From: Eledone cirrhosa
Taxonomy: Eukaryota
NCBI GenBank assembly: GCA_964016885.1
Contig: OZ024743.1
Location: 201,810,001 to 201,874,000 of the forward strand
DNA length: 64,000 nt
Reading direction: 5' to 3'
The notes under the pieces were generated by a model. That model searched no databases. It was not told the DNA's origin and was given only the letters and a program-made list of their open reading frames with translations. A program made the position numbers and the translations under genes. Position 1 is the first letter of the stretch; each line of letters starts with the position of its first letter. Below, piece after piece: positions 40,829 to 55,100 of this stretch.

Positions 40829-41756
40829 GTCATATTATATTTCTTTTATTGTAGTTGGTTACTAAGTTGATATACAATCTAGTCACTCTTTATTTTAAAC
40901 ATACACAGAACAAGCAAAACAACATCATTTCATTTCCTTACGATTGATTGAGACTGTCATAATGGGTATTGCAATCAGTTCTTTCTCTTTTATTTACGTA
41001 TAGTTTGTGTATATGTGTGTGTGTATGTGTGTGTGTGTATGAGTGTGTCTGTGTGTGTGTGTGGCTGTATGTGGGAGTGCGTCGCTGTATGTGTGTGTGG
41101 CTGTGTGTGGTTGTGTGTGTGTGTGTGTGTGTGTGTGGCTGTGTGTGTGGCTGCGTGTGTGTAGGTGTGTTTGTGGCTGAATGTGTGTGTGCGCGTGTGT
41201 GTGTGTATAGGTGCGTGCGTGGTGTGAGTTTGTGTGAATGTGTCGGTCTTTGTATATCTGTGTGTGTATGCGTGTACGTGTATGTGTGTGTGTCAGTGTA
41301 CGTGCGCGTTTGAGTGTGCTTGTGAGATTGTGTCGGCGTTTGTATATCGGTGTTTGTACACGTGAATGTGTGTGTGTGTGTGGTGTGAGTTTGTGTGAAT
41401 TTATCGGTGTTTGTATATCTATGTGTGTAGGGTTGTTTGTGTGGGTATATGTGTGTCAGTGAACGTGCGCGTTCGAGTGGGTTTGTGAGAATTTGTCGGT
41501 GTTTGTATATCTGTGTGTGTGTATACACGTGAATTTGTCTGTGCGTGTGTTTGCTAATTTTATTCGTTTACATGTTTAATTGAAAACGCGTGGCGTGGTG
41601 GTTAATGTTTGGCTCGGGAATTTGAAAACATAGGTTTGATTCCCTGACCGGGTGGCGGAAAATTCATTTTATTTCAAGTTGCTCCAATACTCCCAGCTGA
41701 GTCTGTGGATGCACGTTAATTCCTCGAATAACTAGAACACACGCACATACACACAC

Positions 41757-41829
<73 letters not shown>

Positions 41830-41916
41830 GGAAAATTTGAACAGGAACAAAACAGAGAGGCAGTACAACGAATGTTTATTAATTTCACGCTCTTGAGAGT
41901 GGGGTGGTGGTGGGGA

Positions 41917-41949
41917 ACGACGTTTCGGGCATAAGCCCTTCTTCAGGTG
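41917..41949 (-). ncRNA. Minimal type I hammerhead ribozyme
   Basis: AC-CTGAAGA-A GGGC ttat GCCC-GAAACGTC-GT; palindromic ACGT stem III. Confidence 0.8.
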
Positions 41950-43299
41950 AAAAGTGTGTGGGAAGAGAGTTCAAAGGGTGTGTAGGGGAGTGGTGGAGAG
42001 ACATATAGCAAAAAGGGGGTGGGAGGAAACGGTTCTAATGAAAATAAAAATAAAAACATGATCAAAATAAAATTAAAATGGGGTAAAACAGGTGGTGGAA
42101 GGGTGTGGGCGTGTAGGGGTGGTGGTGGGTGGAGTGGGGAGAGGGAGACGGGGTGTCCGAGCGAGGAGGGCTGAAGGTGGTGTGTGTGTGTAGGTGTAAG
42201 TGTGTGTGTGTGTGTGTATGTGAAAGCAAGGGTTGGGGGAAGAACGGGGTTGCATGTTCAGGAAGAGGTGTGTGTGGGGTGGGGTGTAGGTAGGAGTGTG
42301 TGTGCGTGTGTGGATAGAGGGGTGGGGGGGAGAGGAATCCGGAGGCTGAATGTGTAAATATGTGGCGGAACGCACGTGTGTGTGGTGTTTAAGCGTGTTG
42401 TGGGTGTAGGTGGCGTGTTTGCAAAAAAACATTTTTGGGGTGTGTGTGTGGGTGAGTCATGAAGGTGATTCCGTAAGAAGATGTGGTGGAAAGGTTGGTA
42501 AAATCCTAGGATGGTAGTTGTTTCCGCGGTCAAGGTTCACATACGAGGAATCCGTGAAGAGATGGTCGGAAGAGGGGAGATGTGGGTTCCGCGTGCAACA
42601 GGAAGTGGTCAAGGCAGTAGGAGTGCTGGGTGTCTGTGTGTGCTGGGAGGTGGTCAGAGGGCATAGCAGCAGTAGTGTGGAATGGTAAAGGGGCGAGGAT
42701 GGGTAGGTGTGAAAGTAGGAGTGATGAGGGGGTGTGTGTGTATATTAGTAGAGGTGTTAGTGGGATGAGTGAGTGTTGGAGAAAGGGTGTGGGTGGAGCG
42801 GGGAGAGAAGGTGTGGGGGTCGATGGAGGGAGTGTGGTGTACTGGTGTGTGTAGTTTGATGAAGGGGGTGTTAGTAGGTGTTAGTATACAGGAGGTAGAG
42901 AAAGGGTTGAATGCGGGTGTGAGTGGGGGTCAGTGGTGGTAGGGTGTGTAGAGTTGGTGGTATAAGAGGGTGCGTGTGTACGTGTGTGTGGGGTTGGGGG
43001 GGTGTTAGTGATGTTAGTTGCGGGGTGGTGGGGTGGATGTGTGGGGGTGAGGGTTAGTGGTGGTAGTAGGGTGTGTGTTTAGTGTGAGCGCGTGTATATA
43101 TGTGCCGGTGGGTGTGTGTGATAAGGAGGGGGGGGGAGAAGAAGGGAGGGATGTTAGTATGTTAGTTGGGGAAGGGTGGTCGGATGAGGCGTGGAGTGGA
43201 GGTGTTAGTATTGTTAGTTGTGGGGTGGGCGGTGAAAAGGAAGGGTGTGTTAGTGGTGTTAGTGGGGGATATGTGTGGGGGGAGGGGGGAGGTTGAAGG

Positions 43300-45590
43300 C
43301 TAAAGTAATAAGGGTGGGGAGTTCAGGCCGGGGGGAGTGTGGGTCTGTAAGATGAAGATGGTTCTTTGTTCAACTCTGAGGAGATTGGCGGGTGTTCCAT
43401 GGCATTGGAGTAGGCCACAGACTGTGAGATGGCGTGCGGAATGTCCAGGGGCACCAAAGTGGCGGGCGATGGGGGAACTACCACCGAGACGAATATCCCG
43501 GAGGTGCTCAGTGAATCTGTCCGCCAGGCGACGTCCCATCTGTCCGACGTAAGCCGCGCTGCACTCCGAGCAGTGAAGTCCGTAGACTAGGTTGGAGGAG
43601 GTGCAGCGGAAGGCATGCTGGACAGAGAGAGAGTGGCCGATGGGACCCTGGAAGGTGGTGGTGTTGGTGATGTGGGGACAGGTGTTGCAGCGGGGCCTAG
43701 AACAGGGAAAGGAACCGGGGGAGGGAGCGTGGGTTGGGGGTAGGGATCTGTGGACGAGGAGGGTGCGGAGATTGAGTGCGCGTTTGAAGGAGGGGAGGCG
43801 TGGGGTTGGGAAGATGTGGGAGGTGGAGGGGTCGGACTGGAGGCGTCGAAAGAGGCGGCGGATGGTGCGGTGGATGGGTAAGGTGGAGGTGTGGTAGGTG
43901 ATGGGGAAGGGGAGACGGTGGGTGGGTGTGCGCTGGCGTGGGGTGAGGGTGGTGGAGCGGTGGACAGCACGGGCGCGGGTGAGAGCTGTGTGAACGAGAG
44001 AGAGGGGTAACCTCTGCGGATGAAGTGACTGACTAGGGAAAGGGCCTGGGACACGAAGTCAGCATCTCGGCTACAGAGGCGGCGGATCCTGAGGAGTTGG
44101 GAGTAGGGAATAGAGTGTTTACTGTGTGTGGGGTGGGAAGAGGTGAAGTCGAGGTAAGAGTGGGAGTCGGTGGGTTTGAAGAAGGCGGAGGTGACGAGAG
44201 AGTGGTGGGAGGGGTCGAAGGCGACTGAGATGTCTAAGAAGTGGAAGTGAATGGTGGAGATAGAGGTGGTGAAGTGGAGGGAGGGGTGGAAGGAGCAGAA
44301 GAAAGAGAGAAAGGAGTCGAGCTGTTCTCGGGTGAGGGTCGTGGCTCCGATACAGTCGTCGATGTAACGACCGTACAGTTCGGGCGTGGGGCCGGTGTAC
44401 TGGGCAAAGTATTGGGCCTCAACATGGCCAACAAAAAGGTTGGCATAGTTCGGGCCCATTCTTGTACCCATGGCTACCCCCGTGACCTGTTGGTAAAACT
44501 CACCCGAGAAGGAGAAACAATTGAGGGTGAAGACCAGCTCGGCGAGGCGACGGAATGGGGGATGGGCGAAGGTCGAGGTAGTGTTTGAGGGCGCGTAGGC
44601 CGTCGACGTGGGGGATGACGGTGTAGAGGGACTTGATGTCTAGGGTGAAGAGTAAGGGCTGTGGGCCGGGTGGGTAGGTGAAGGAGTCGAAAAGGCGCAG
44701 GGCGTGGTTGGTGTCGGAGATGTGGGAGGGGAGGGTGGTGACAAGGGGGGCGAGGATGGTGTCGAGAAAGGCGGAGATGAGTTCGGTGGGGCAGTTGCAA
44801 GCGGAGAAGATGGGGCGGCCGTGTTTGTGGAGTTTGGGGAGGAAGTAGATGGTGGGGGTGCAGGGGTGCGGACGATGAGGTGGGAAGCGGTGGGGGAAGG
44901 GGGGAGGAGGGAGGAGGAGACAAGGTGTTGGATGGTGGAGGAAACTTGTTGTTGGTAGAGGGGTGTGGGATCGGAGGGTAGAGGGCGGTAGAAGAGGGGG
45001 TTACGGAGCTGACTGAGGGCTTCGGCCGTGTAGAGGTCCGCGCGCCACACCACCACGGCGCCTCCCTTGTCCGCCGGTTTGATGACGATGTCATCTCGGC
45101 TACGGAGGGAGCGGAGAGCGAGGAGTTCGCCCCGTGAGATATTATTCCGTTTGGAACGGTGGCGGAAGTCGAAACGATTTACGACGCTACGGCTGGCATC
45201 GACGAACGCGTCCAGGGTGCTAAATTGCCCTGGGGCCGGCGTCCAAGAAGATGGTCGTCGGCCCAGGGCAAGAAACGGGTCTGTGGCGTCCGCAGCCGGT
45301 GGCGTTCGGCCGAAATGTGCCTGTAGCTTCGTGCGTCGCACGAATCGCTCGACTTCCGTTCGGGTGCGGAACTCGTCGCTGTGCGGAGTGTGGGGTATGA
45401 AGCGAAGGCCTCTACTAAGGAGTGAGCGGTCAGGTGCGGAGAGGGGGAGATCAGGGGTTATGGTGACAACAAGTGGTGGGGTTTGGGTGTGTAGGGGGAA
45501 GGGAGGGTGTGCTGAGGGGTGAGGTGGAGGGTGGAGATTGGGTAGGGGTGTGGGTCGAGGGAGGGGAGGAGAGTGGTGGGTTCATGGGGA
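43300..45590 (-). pseudogene. Neptune-like PLE RT-GIY-YIG ORF, frameshifted
   Basis: IVIKPADKGGAVVV, LDIKSLYTVI, MGTRMGPNYANLFVG, RYIDD, FLDI, SIPYSQLLRIRRLCS, CxxC linker, LVY..YVGQ, RFTEH, PPGLN. Confidence 0.92.
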
Positions 45591-46061
45591 TGGGCGGGTG
45601 GGGCGTGTAGGGGTGGTGGCGGGTGGAGTGGGGAGAGGGAGACGGGGTGTCCGAGCGGGGAGGGCTGAAGGTGGTGTGTGTGTGTAGGTGTACGTTTGTG
45701 TGTGTGTGTGTGTGTGTGTATGTGAAAGCAAGGGTTGGGGAAGAACGGGGTTGCATGTTCAGGAAGAGGTGTGTGTGGGGTGGGGTGTAGGTCGGAGTGT
45801 GTGTGCGTGTGTGGATAGAGGGGTGGGGGAGAGGAATCCGGAGGCTGAATGTGTAAATATGTGGCGGAACGCACGTGTGTGTGGTGTTTAAGCGTGTTGT
45901 GGGTGTAGGTGGCGTGTGTGTGTGTGGGTGAGTCATGAAGGTGATTCCGTAAGAAGATGTGGTGGAAAGGTTGGTAAAATCCTAGGATGGTAGTTGATTC
46001 CGCGGTCAAGGTCCACATACGAGGAATCCGTGAAGAGATGGTCGGAAGAGGGGAGATGTGG

Positions 46062-46121
<60 letters not shown>

Positions 46122-46138
46122 AAACACACACACACTCA

Positions 46139-46171
<33 letters not shown>

Positions 46172-46173
<2 letters not shown>

Positions 46174-48560
46174 TCTTCTGGTTTTATAATTTCACAAAGT
46201 TTTACCAATAGAGAGAGAGTCGGTTTCTAACATAGACACAAGACTCTCTCACATTGGAATTTACACAACATCAACTAGGTAGATATGTATGTATGCATGC
46301 ATGTGTAGATATGGATGTGATTGTATGTGTGGATGTGTATGCTTTGAGTTGTATGTGTGCATGTGTATATGCTTTGTATCTGTACATGTGTATATGCAGT
46401 TATTAGAGGCAACATTTTTGGAATGTTTTACATATTTTTACTGTTCCATTAATGGATTGTACTTGTCATTTTCTAACTAGTTGTGTTCTTCCTGTTCCCG
46501 TGAAGCCTAGCATTGAGGCAGTTACTAACATATCTCAGTGCCCCAATAATCACAGGCATAAATCTGAAGGCGTAATCAGGGTGGAGTATCTGCAGATTTC
46601 TCTTCAGTTCTGCATAAATATTCTCCTTTTCACTAATCTTTGATATTATATTGGCATCTGCTGGGCAGCTAATTTCCACTACTGTGCATGTTTTCTTTTC
46701 CCTGTCCCATATCATAATATCTGGTCTGTTATGCCTGCATTTTATTGGGGTTTTTACTGGAACATTCCACCAGTACTCTTTCATATTATGTACATGGATG
46801 TCTTCCACATTGTTGTAGCTTTTAATGTGTTTATTATCGGGGCTATCTTTTTTACGAACTGCATTGTACAGTGTTTTGGCCACTACATCATGCCTCATAG
46901 GTAGATAGTACCGCGATGACATATTTGTGCAGCTGCTGATGACATGGGTGATATCCTCGATGTTAGTTCTGCAGAGTCTGCACTTGTTATCACATTTAGG
47001 TGCTTTGCCTGCATCCCTATCTCTTTTGTGAATCAGGTATTTCGTGCTAATCTCCTGTTCTTGGATTGCAAAAGCGTATCCTTCAAAGTGGGAACCAATA
47101 TAGCGGTTGTTGGTCCAAGATAGACTACTTTCCTTATCTATATTACTCTCACTTTGGAGCTTCCTGGCAACATATCCATGCATGATTTTTTGCTGATAGG
47201 CATACAGTTTATCATCCATGGATTCACTGCGATACTGCTGAGCGACATCCCTGGATGTGAATTTTTGATTATCACACAGGGACTATCTCTCAAGATGTTC
47301 CTTCCCAACTCTCATGATCTTATCTGTTTCATGCAGATAGACTTGCGCGAGAAGCGGGCTCCTACGCTACGAGGTTCGTAGATGTTGTCGGAGAGATATG
47401 CTGCGACATTCAAATGTTGTCTGGACTGATATTAGGCCTCTGCCTCCCTGCTTACGTTTCAAGTAAAGGCGGTCTATGTCACTGTTGATGTGGAAGTTTC
47501 CAGTGTTGTTCTGTATATTTCGAGTTCCAACATCAACTGCTCGGATTTCATCTATCGTCCAATTGAGTATTCCAAACGTTGGTGTTAGGACAGACACAGC
47601 AAACACATTGTGAGCCACTATTTTGTTTTGCGCAGAGAGTTCCGATGACCAGATCTGTCTTAATCGGGTGTAGTATTCCCTGGTTACGCGTTCTTTATTA
47701 CAGATACCATTATAAGATATGTTCTCATCTATCCCCAGGTATCTGTAGCAGTCCTCATCAGATATCGGTGAAACAGTTAGACCATTGATGACAATGTTGC
47801 TAGATTGGGTTGTTGTTTTTCCCCGCTTTACAGTCATGTATGAGCATTTATCCTGGTCAAATTCCATTCCTATATCCTTTGAGAACGTTGTAACCAGGTC
47901 AAGATTTTTCTTCATCCCATCCATGAGTTTCAGATCTTCATCCCATCCATAGAGTTTCAGATCGTCCACAAAGAAATTATGGGTTAGGTTCGTATTTCTG
48001 TCCTCCTGTGAGCCAATGATGTATCCCTCACATTTCTTGAGCAGAAAGGACAAGGGGTTAATGACAAGATGAACAATATCACAGATAGACTGTCCCCCTG
48101 AAATATACCCCTGCAATATTTTATTTTATCAGTGAAAATAGAGTCCTCCCTCTCTGTCTTTAACCTTAGGATAGTAGCCCAAGAAGAAGACACCCTCTCT
48201 ATAGCTCTGACAATAATGTCTGGGACTTTAGCAAGTTTGAGGGCCGCTATCATCCAAGAGTGGGGAACAGAATCGAAAGCTTTCTTGTAGTCCAGCCAGA
48301 CTGTAGTCATATTCCTCCTAAGTTGTCGCACTTCCGACATCGCAGTTTTGTTGATTAGGAGTTGTTCAGCACATCCCCAAACCTTTTCTTTCCAGCTGCT
48401 TCTTCTTCTGTGATGATGTTATTATTTTCACAGTGATCTTGGAGGAATAGTTTCAGGCAGGCTGTATACATCCTATACATCAGGTTCTGGCATGCAATGG
48501 GTCGACAGTTTTTTGCCAAGTAGGTGTCTTTGTTCTTGGGGACCAGTAACGTTTGTGCTA
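46172..48560 (-). mobile_element. 5'-truncated R4/Dong-clade LINE (RT, CCHC, restriction-like endonuclease), frameshifted
   Basis: WLDYKKAFDSVPHSW, RGIFQGDSLS, FVDDLKLY, RLYLKRKQGGRGL, CRLC...HVISSC, RHD, RPDI, VEISCP; (TATG)n on both flanks. Confidence 0.92.
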
Positions 48561-48620
48561 TGTATGTATGTATGTATGTATGTATGTATGTATGTATGTA
48601 TGTATGTATGTATGTATGTA

Positions 48621-48755
48621 CAAGGAAAGTGTGGTAAGGAACCAGGTGGACCTTAACACCAGAGTACTCGATACTTAGGGTAGTGGGTTCTAGGAAAAAA
48701 GTTCAGATCTATCTGTCGAAACGGTCGAAAAGTTCAGCCGTCGGGGTCCTGACTC
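48621..48755. mobile_element. Family X foldback fragment
   Basis: Inverted tail plus GAAACGG...GCCGTCGGGGTC; another fragment at 49337-49390. Confidence 0.6.
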
Positions 48756-48795
48756 TTTTCTTATATGTATCTCTCTATCTATGTATCTATCTATG

Positions 48796-49088
48796 ACCCG
48801 AGTGAATGGTCCGAGTGAATGGGCCTTTTCTCTATATCAGCCTGTAGGTTGAGGAAAAAGAGGAGGTGAGGAAAGGAGTACAAACTCTTCGTACTCCTGG
48901 AGATGAGGGTTGCACATTTTTTTTTCGGGGGTATGTGTTACCCATATGTAATGTCTCCCCTTATTGGGGAAAATCGGCTAATTTTTAAATTGCATTTGTG
49001 ATAATATTTTACACGTTTTTATTGTATGTAAACTTCCCCGTTTATATTTGTCCCCTTCTTTTGTGCCCCTGTGGCTAATAAAGAAACA
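48796..49088 (+). mobile_element. Tx1/L1-clade LINE 3' fragment (copy C)
   Basis: Matches the ORF2 end and 3' UTR of copies A and B; 12-bp TSD tatctatctatg at 48784-48795 and 49089-49100. Confidence 0.8.
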
Positions 49089-49098
49089 TATCTATCTA

Positions 49099-49255
49099 TG
49101 GCGGGTAAAATTCCCGAGATCCATGGACGAGTTCTCTCCAGCGTTCTCTGTCCCTATTTATAGCTGCCATGTCCTGCGTCTCCAACAGACCAGTGTCTGT
49201 CCTTAGCGCATCAACATATGTTAACCTTGGTCGTCCTCTTCCAGTGTGTCCATGT
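49099..49255 (-). mobile_element. RTE 3' fragment
   Basis: Homologous to 2625-2780. Confidence 0.8.
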
Positions 49256-49275
49256 GTATATATATATATATATAT

Positions 49276-49324
<49 letters not shown>

Positions 49325-49409
49325 GAGATGCGATGTCCAGAAATAGCCGTTGAAACGGCTTGAGCTCTGCCGTCGGGGTCTTGAAGAATTTCCTATATAT
49401 AGATAGATA

Positions 49410-51837
49410 TATTTCTTTATTTACCATAGAGGCATAAAAAGAAGGGACAAATACAAAGGGGGAGTTTACATACAATCGAGTAAAAATGGTATAAAATGAA
49501 AATAATCGAAAACAACCTCAAAAGGGAGGGGACGTGATGGGGGTTGCACACACCCCCGAAAAAGTGTGCAATCCTTTGCCCGGGGAGCACATGGAGAAGG
49601 TGCTCCCCTCTCCTTCACTTCTTTACCTACAGGATGGTATACAGAGAAGGCCCATTTACACGAGCCATTCTCGCCACTATCACCCACCTTTCATAAAACT
49701 GCCTGTGGCCAAGCACCTCTCTCTCCATTCTTATCCTTCTTCCGAAGTGATATCGGAAGAAGTAGACCAGACTATGGCCAGAGAGGAAGTTGCCTGACCT
49801 CAGACCTTTCAATCGTGTCCACCAAACAACCTCTTTCAACATGGCTATTACGCACAGAAAAACCGCCTTTGCTTCCTTTGTGAAGAGGGGAGGCGGTTTG
49901 ATTGTCATCACGGACTCGGCGGTCAATCGAATCGGCGCTACCCGCGACAGCAGTTGTTCGGCGTAGCCCCACAGATCAGCCACGCCCGGACATTGCACCA
50001 ATGCGTGCGCAACGGTTTCTTCGTGACGCACGCATCTAGGGCAAATCTTTTTCGAGGGATCCCTGCTCGGGCGCCCGTGTCTGTAGAGCCTCTCTCGAAC
50101 GGGTAGAGCCCCCCGGTAGCACTGCCAGGCTAGTGACTTCTGGAAGTTGTCCATTGGTCCCGGGCCGAAAGTCCTACCGAACAGGCTGGCCAGCTCGTCC
50201 TCTTCCATGTCCAGCGACTCTCCAAGGGTGTCATCGCCCCTGCTAGCCACCAGCCCTCTATAGAATGATGAGGTGGATTCTCCACCGATGGCCTGGCCCG
50301 CTTGCCAGAGAACCCTGAGCGCCTGAGCACAATCAGTGTGCCAGTCTCCCAGTTTTCCGGATCTTTGTTTGACCCAGGACTGCAGCTGGGTGAGCGAGAC
50401 GAGTCTCGGAAAGGCTCGTTTCACGAACGGAGCCCACACCGGTTGACCAGTGAGGAATACCTGTAGGTGCCGTAGCCTTAATGCGTGCCTACGCATCATC
50501 AACCACGGCATCCCCAGCCCTCCTTTCGAAGGTTGTTGGCAGCAGATGGATCTTCTCACCATAGGAGGGCGCTTCTTCCAAAGAAATTGGAAGAGCATGC
50601 GTTCCATGGTGGTGAGTGTTTCCTTAGGGCAAGGCACGACAGTCAGGCGGTTGTAAGTGACGGACGCTATGTAAATGTTCGCCACCTCCGCCCGGCCTTT
50701 TAGGGACAGCTTACACTTGGCCCATTTCTGGGTTAGTGCAAACACCTTGTTCGTAACCTCGTTCCAGATCTTTTCCACCTGGAGGTCCGGTCCAAACCAG
50801 ACCCCAAGCAACTTTACCGGGCCCTCCGTCCAGTGTCCGACGACACCGTCGGGAGGCATCGGTCTGCCTCTCCACGTTCCGAGTTGCAGCCCGATGGATT
50901 TTTCCCGGTTCAGTTTCGCTCCTGACAACCTCCAGTAAGGTACCGATTGCCTCGATCTCCGAGTCGGTCGATACCATTACTGTTACGTCATCGGCGTAGG
51001 CCGACACCGCTTTGCTCAATCCTGGTTCCAGGGGGATACCCTGCAACAACTCCAACTTCCTCAGTAAAGGCTCGAGAGTCAATACGTACAGAAGGGAGGA
51101 GAGAGGGCACCCCTGTCGAATGGATCGTGTGATTTCGAACGGCTTCGAAAGGTAGCCGTTCACCTTGATCCTAGAACAGATGTGGTTGCTATGTAAGGCA
51201 GTGATCCAGCCTCTGAAAACAGGACCGAACCCAGCCGTCGCTAGCACCGCATCCAGGTAACCATGGTCGACCCTATCGAAGGCCTTAGACTGATCCAAGT
51301 TGATCAGGGCCCCACCGAAGCCGGGTTTGTTGCCAACCCTCTCTATAATGTATCGCATGAGGTGGAGGTTATCGTGAATTGACCTGGATGGGATAGCACA
51401 TGTCTGCGCATCTCCCACCAGGCCACCCACGACAAGCGCCAACCTCTTTGCTAACACCTTGGCCAAAATCTTTAACTCTGTGTTTAGCAGGGTTATGGGC
51501 CGAAAATTATTTATACTATCCCCCTTGTTCTCGTCCTTCCTCACCAGCGAGACTACGCCCTTGGCTACAGAACAAGGAATTCTCCCGTTCTGCTGCCAAT
51601 TGCAGTAGACCGCTTCGAGGAGTTCGGAGAAGAAGACCGGCATTGCTAAATAAAGTTCGTAAGGTATACCATCGAGACCTGGAGATTTGCGTCTGCTGCA
51701 TTGGCTCAGCGCATCCCTGATCTCATCAGCTGAGATTGGTCCCTCGCAGGACTCTGCCTCTTCGCTCGAGAGACGCGGCATGCTGTCGAGGTATGGACCA
51801 AAATCCACGTCCCCGCCCGGACCCTCGCCTCCCCTAA
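49410..51837 (-). mobile_element. Tx1/L1-clade LINE copy A, 5'-truncated
   Basis: KSPGLDG, NFRPITLLN, LDQSKAFDRV, RQGCPLS, AYADD, GGLG, CPRC...HALVQC; 19-bp TSD tcctatatatagatagata at 49391-49409 and 51838-51856. Confidence 0.93.
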
Positions 51838-52102
51838 TCCTATATATAGATAGATAGATAACTTTCTATTTAGTTGCCACCAAGGCATCAAAGATTGGGA
51901 CAAATACAAGGGGGGGGGGTTTACATACATTTCAAAGGACGTGTAAAATCATATAACAAATAAAATTCAACAATCGAAGTCCTCAATAGGGAGGGGTCGT
52001 TGACGTGGGTCGCACACACTCCCGAAAAAATATGCAACCCTCCTCCTCAGGAGCACAAAGAGCGGGTGCTCACTTCCTCTCCTCTCTCTTCTCCTCTCTA
52101 AC

Positions 52103-55100
52103 CTACAGGCTGATATAGAGAGAAGGCCTATTCACTCGGGCCATTCTCGTCACATTCCCCCACCTTTCATAAAACTTTCTGGGATAGAGCACCTCTCTCT
52201 CCATTCTGATCCTTCTAAAATGGTACTTGGAAAAAAGGATCAGTTGTTGGCTGGGGAGAAAAGAGTCTGACCTCAGCCCTTTCAACCTCGTCCACCATAC
52301 AACCTCTTTCGCACAGAAGAAAACCGCCTCTCCTTCGTTTTTGAAGGGGGGAGGCGGTTTGATCGTGACAATGTACTCGGTGGTCAACCGGATTGGTCCC
52401 ACCCGCGACAGTAATCGTTCCACATAGCCCCACAGGTCAGCAACGCCCGGGCAGTGTACGAATGCGTGCGTGACGGTTTCCTTGTCTCGCACGCATCTCG
52501 GACAGATCTTCTTCGAGGGGTCCCTACCTGGGCTCCCGTGTCTGTAGAGCTTGTCCCGAACGGGTAGAGCTCCTTGGTAGCACTGCCAACTCAGGGACTT
52601 TTGGAAATTGTCCATCGGTCCCGTGCCAAACATTTTACCGAACAGACTGGCTAGCTCGTCTTCCTCCATGCCCAGAGCCTCTCCGAGAGCGTCGTCGCAC
52701 TTGCTGCGCACCAACCCTCTATAGAATGTTGAGGTTGAGACTCCACTGATTGCCGGATCCGCTTGCCAGAGGGCTGTGACTGCCTGGGCACATTCAATGT
52801 GCCAGTCGCCCATTTTCCTCGGTCTTTGGTTGACCAGGATTGCACTTCGGTGAGTGAGACGAGTCCCGGAATGGCTCGCCTCACAAAAGGGGTCCATACC
52901 GGCTGACCGGTGAGGAATACCTGGAGGTGCCGTAGCCTTAATGTGTGTCTACACATCGTCACCCACGACAAACCAGCCCTCCTTTCGAAGGGTGTTGACA
53001 GCATATGGATCTTCTCACCAAAGGGGCTCGCTTCTTCCAAAGGAATCAGAAGAGCGCGTGCTCCATTTTGGCGAGCGTTATCGCTGGGCAAGGCACAACG
53101 GTCAAGCGGTAGTAGAAGACGGACGCTATATAAGTGTTCGCCACCTCCGCTCGACCTTTCAGGGATAGTTTGCTACTCGGCCCACTTCTGGGCGAGTGCT
53201 AACACCCTGCTCGTTACCTCGTCCCAGTTATTCTCCACCTGGAGGTCCGGTCCGAACGAGACCCCGAGCAGCTTCACCGGTCCCTCCGCCCAGTGTCCGA
53301 CGGCGCCGTCGTAGGGCATCGGTTTGCCTCTCCACGTTCCGAATTTCAAACTGACGGACTTGTCCCGGTTCAGCTTGGCTCCTGCAAACCTTTCGTATTC
53401 CTCCAGTAAGGTGCCGATCTGCCCGATTTTCGAGGCGCACGACACCATTACTGTCACGTCATCGGCGTAGGCCGACACCGCTTTCCGCAATCCCGGTTCC
53501 AAGGGGATTCCCACAGTAGTGGCGCGAGAGCCAGCACATACAGAAGGGAGGATGGAGGGCATCTCTGTCGGATGGATTGCGCGATTTGGAACGCCTCCGA
53601 GAGGTAGCCGTTAACATTGACCCTCGAGCAGGTGTTGCTGCTGTGCATTGCCGCAATCCAGCCCCTAAAAATGGGTCCGAAGACCGCCGCCGCGAGCACC
53701 GCATCCAGGTACCCATGGTCGACCCTATCGAACGCCTCAGATTGATCCAAGTTGATCAGGGCCCCACCAAAGCCGGGTTCGTTCCCTACTCTCTCTACGA
53801 TGTATCGCATGAGGTGGAGGATGTCGTGTATGGACCTGGAAGGGATTGCGCGTCTGCGCTTCTCCCACCAGGTACCCGACGACAAGCGCCAACCTCTTCT
53901 CTAACACCTTGGCCAAAATCTTTAACTCTGTGTTTAGCAGAGTTATGGGCCTGAAGTTATCTATGTCATCCCCCTTGTTCTCGTCCTTCCTCACCAGCGT
54001 GACTACGCCCTTGGTCACAGAACTGGGAATTCTACCGTTCTGTTGGCAGTTGCAGTAGACCGCCTCGAGGAGATTAAAAACAAGTCCGGCATCGCTTCAT
54101 AAGGTTCGTATGGTAGACCATCGAGACCGGGAGATTTGCGTTTGCCGCATTGGCTCAGCGCTTCCCCTATCTCAGCGGCTGAAATCGGCGTTTCGTAGGA
54201 CTTCGCCTCCCCGTTCGAGAGCCGCGGCAGACCGTCGAGGTATGGACCGAAATCCATAGCCTCTCACGGCCCGCCGCCCCTCCCGAACAGTCCTGCAAAG
54301 CCCCGTTGAAATGCCGCGCACATCCGCTCAGGTTCAAGGATCACGCGTTCATCCTGGTCCTTCAAAGACCGAATCGTGGTCTTGTTTCCACTTTTTGCCC
54401 CTGTCACTCGGGCCCAGCTAACAGCTTTGGCTCCCTCGTTACCCAGAGCACGTATTTTACTCATGACAACGAAGCCCTCGTGCTTCGCGTCAAAGATCTG
54501 GTCTAGGGCCGTTCTTGACGCCAGCACGCCGGCCACGCTGCCACTCCTAATCGCCTCTTCTACTCTATCTATCAATTCCCTTTCAGTTCTATTCCTATCT
54601 ATGCTAATTCCTGACTAAAACCTATCGATTCTATTCTAATTTCTCTCTTGAGAGAGCCCCACCACCTGCTGTTGACAATTGCCCCCGCCAACCGCTGCTT
54701 AATTAGAGTGCTAATCCGCTTACTGTAAGCTTTTTTTGTCGGTAAGGACAAGTTTAGCTTCCAGTAACCGGGTCCTTGTCTATGGGTTCTATCAAGGTTG
54801 ACCACTCCGGTCACCAACTTGTGATCTGAATAGTCAACCATGAACATTTTGGACTGCTTAATATGTCCCTATCCTTATTTTTAACTAGGACCCTATCTAG
54901 GTACGACCTAGATGTTCCCATGAGATTTGTCCACGTCCACAGTGGCACAGTCGGAAAATCTAGTCGATATCTATCGGCCAGATCAAATCGGCCGATTAAC
55001 CGTTTGAGTCTGTTACATACCCCTCTATCGGGACATGCCCCTACATAGTCCCAACGTGCATCCAGGATACCATTCCAGTCCCCCACTAAAAACAAGGAGA

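Larger units (their letters stand above)
41828..46062 (-). mobile_element. Neptune-like Penelope element with direct pLTRs
   Basis: Direct repeats ~42100-42585 and ~45600-46062 flank an RT/GIY-YIG remnant; 3' tail carries a hammerhead; (TA)n flanks; strong G/C strand skew. Confidence 0.9.
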
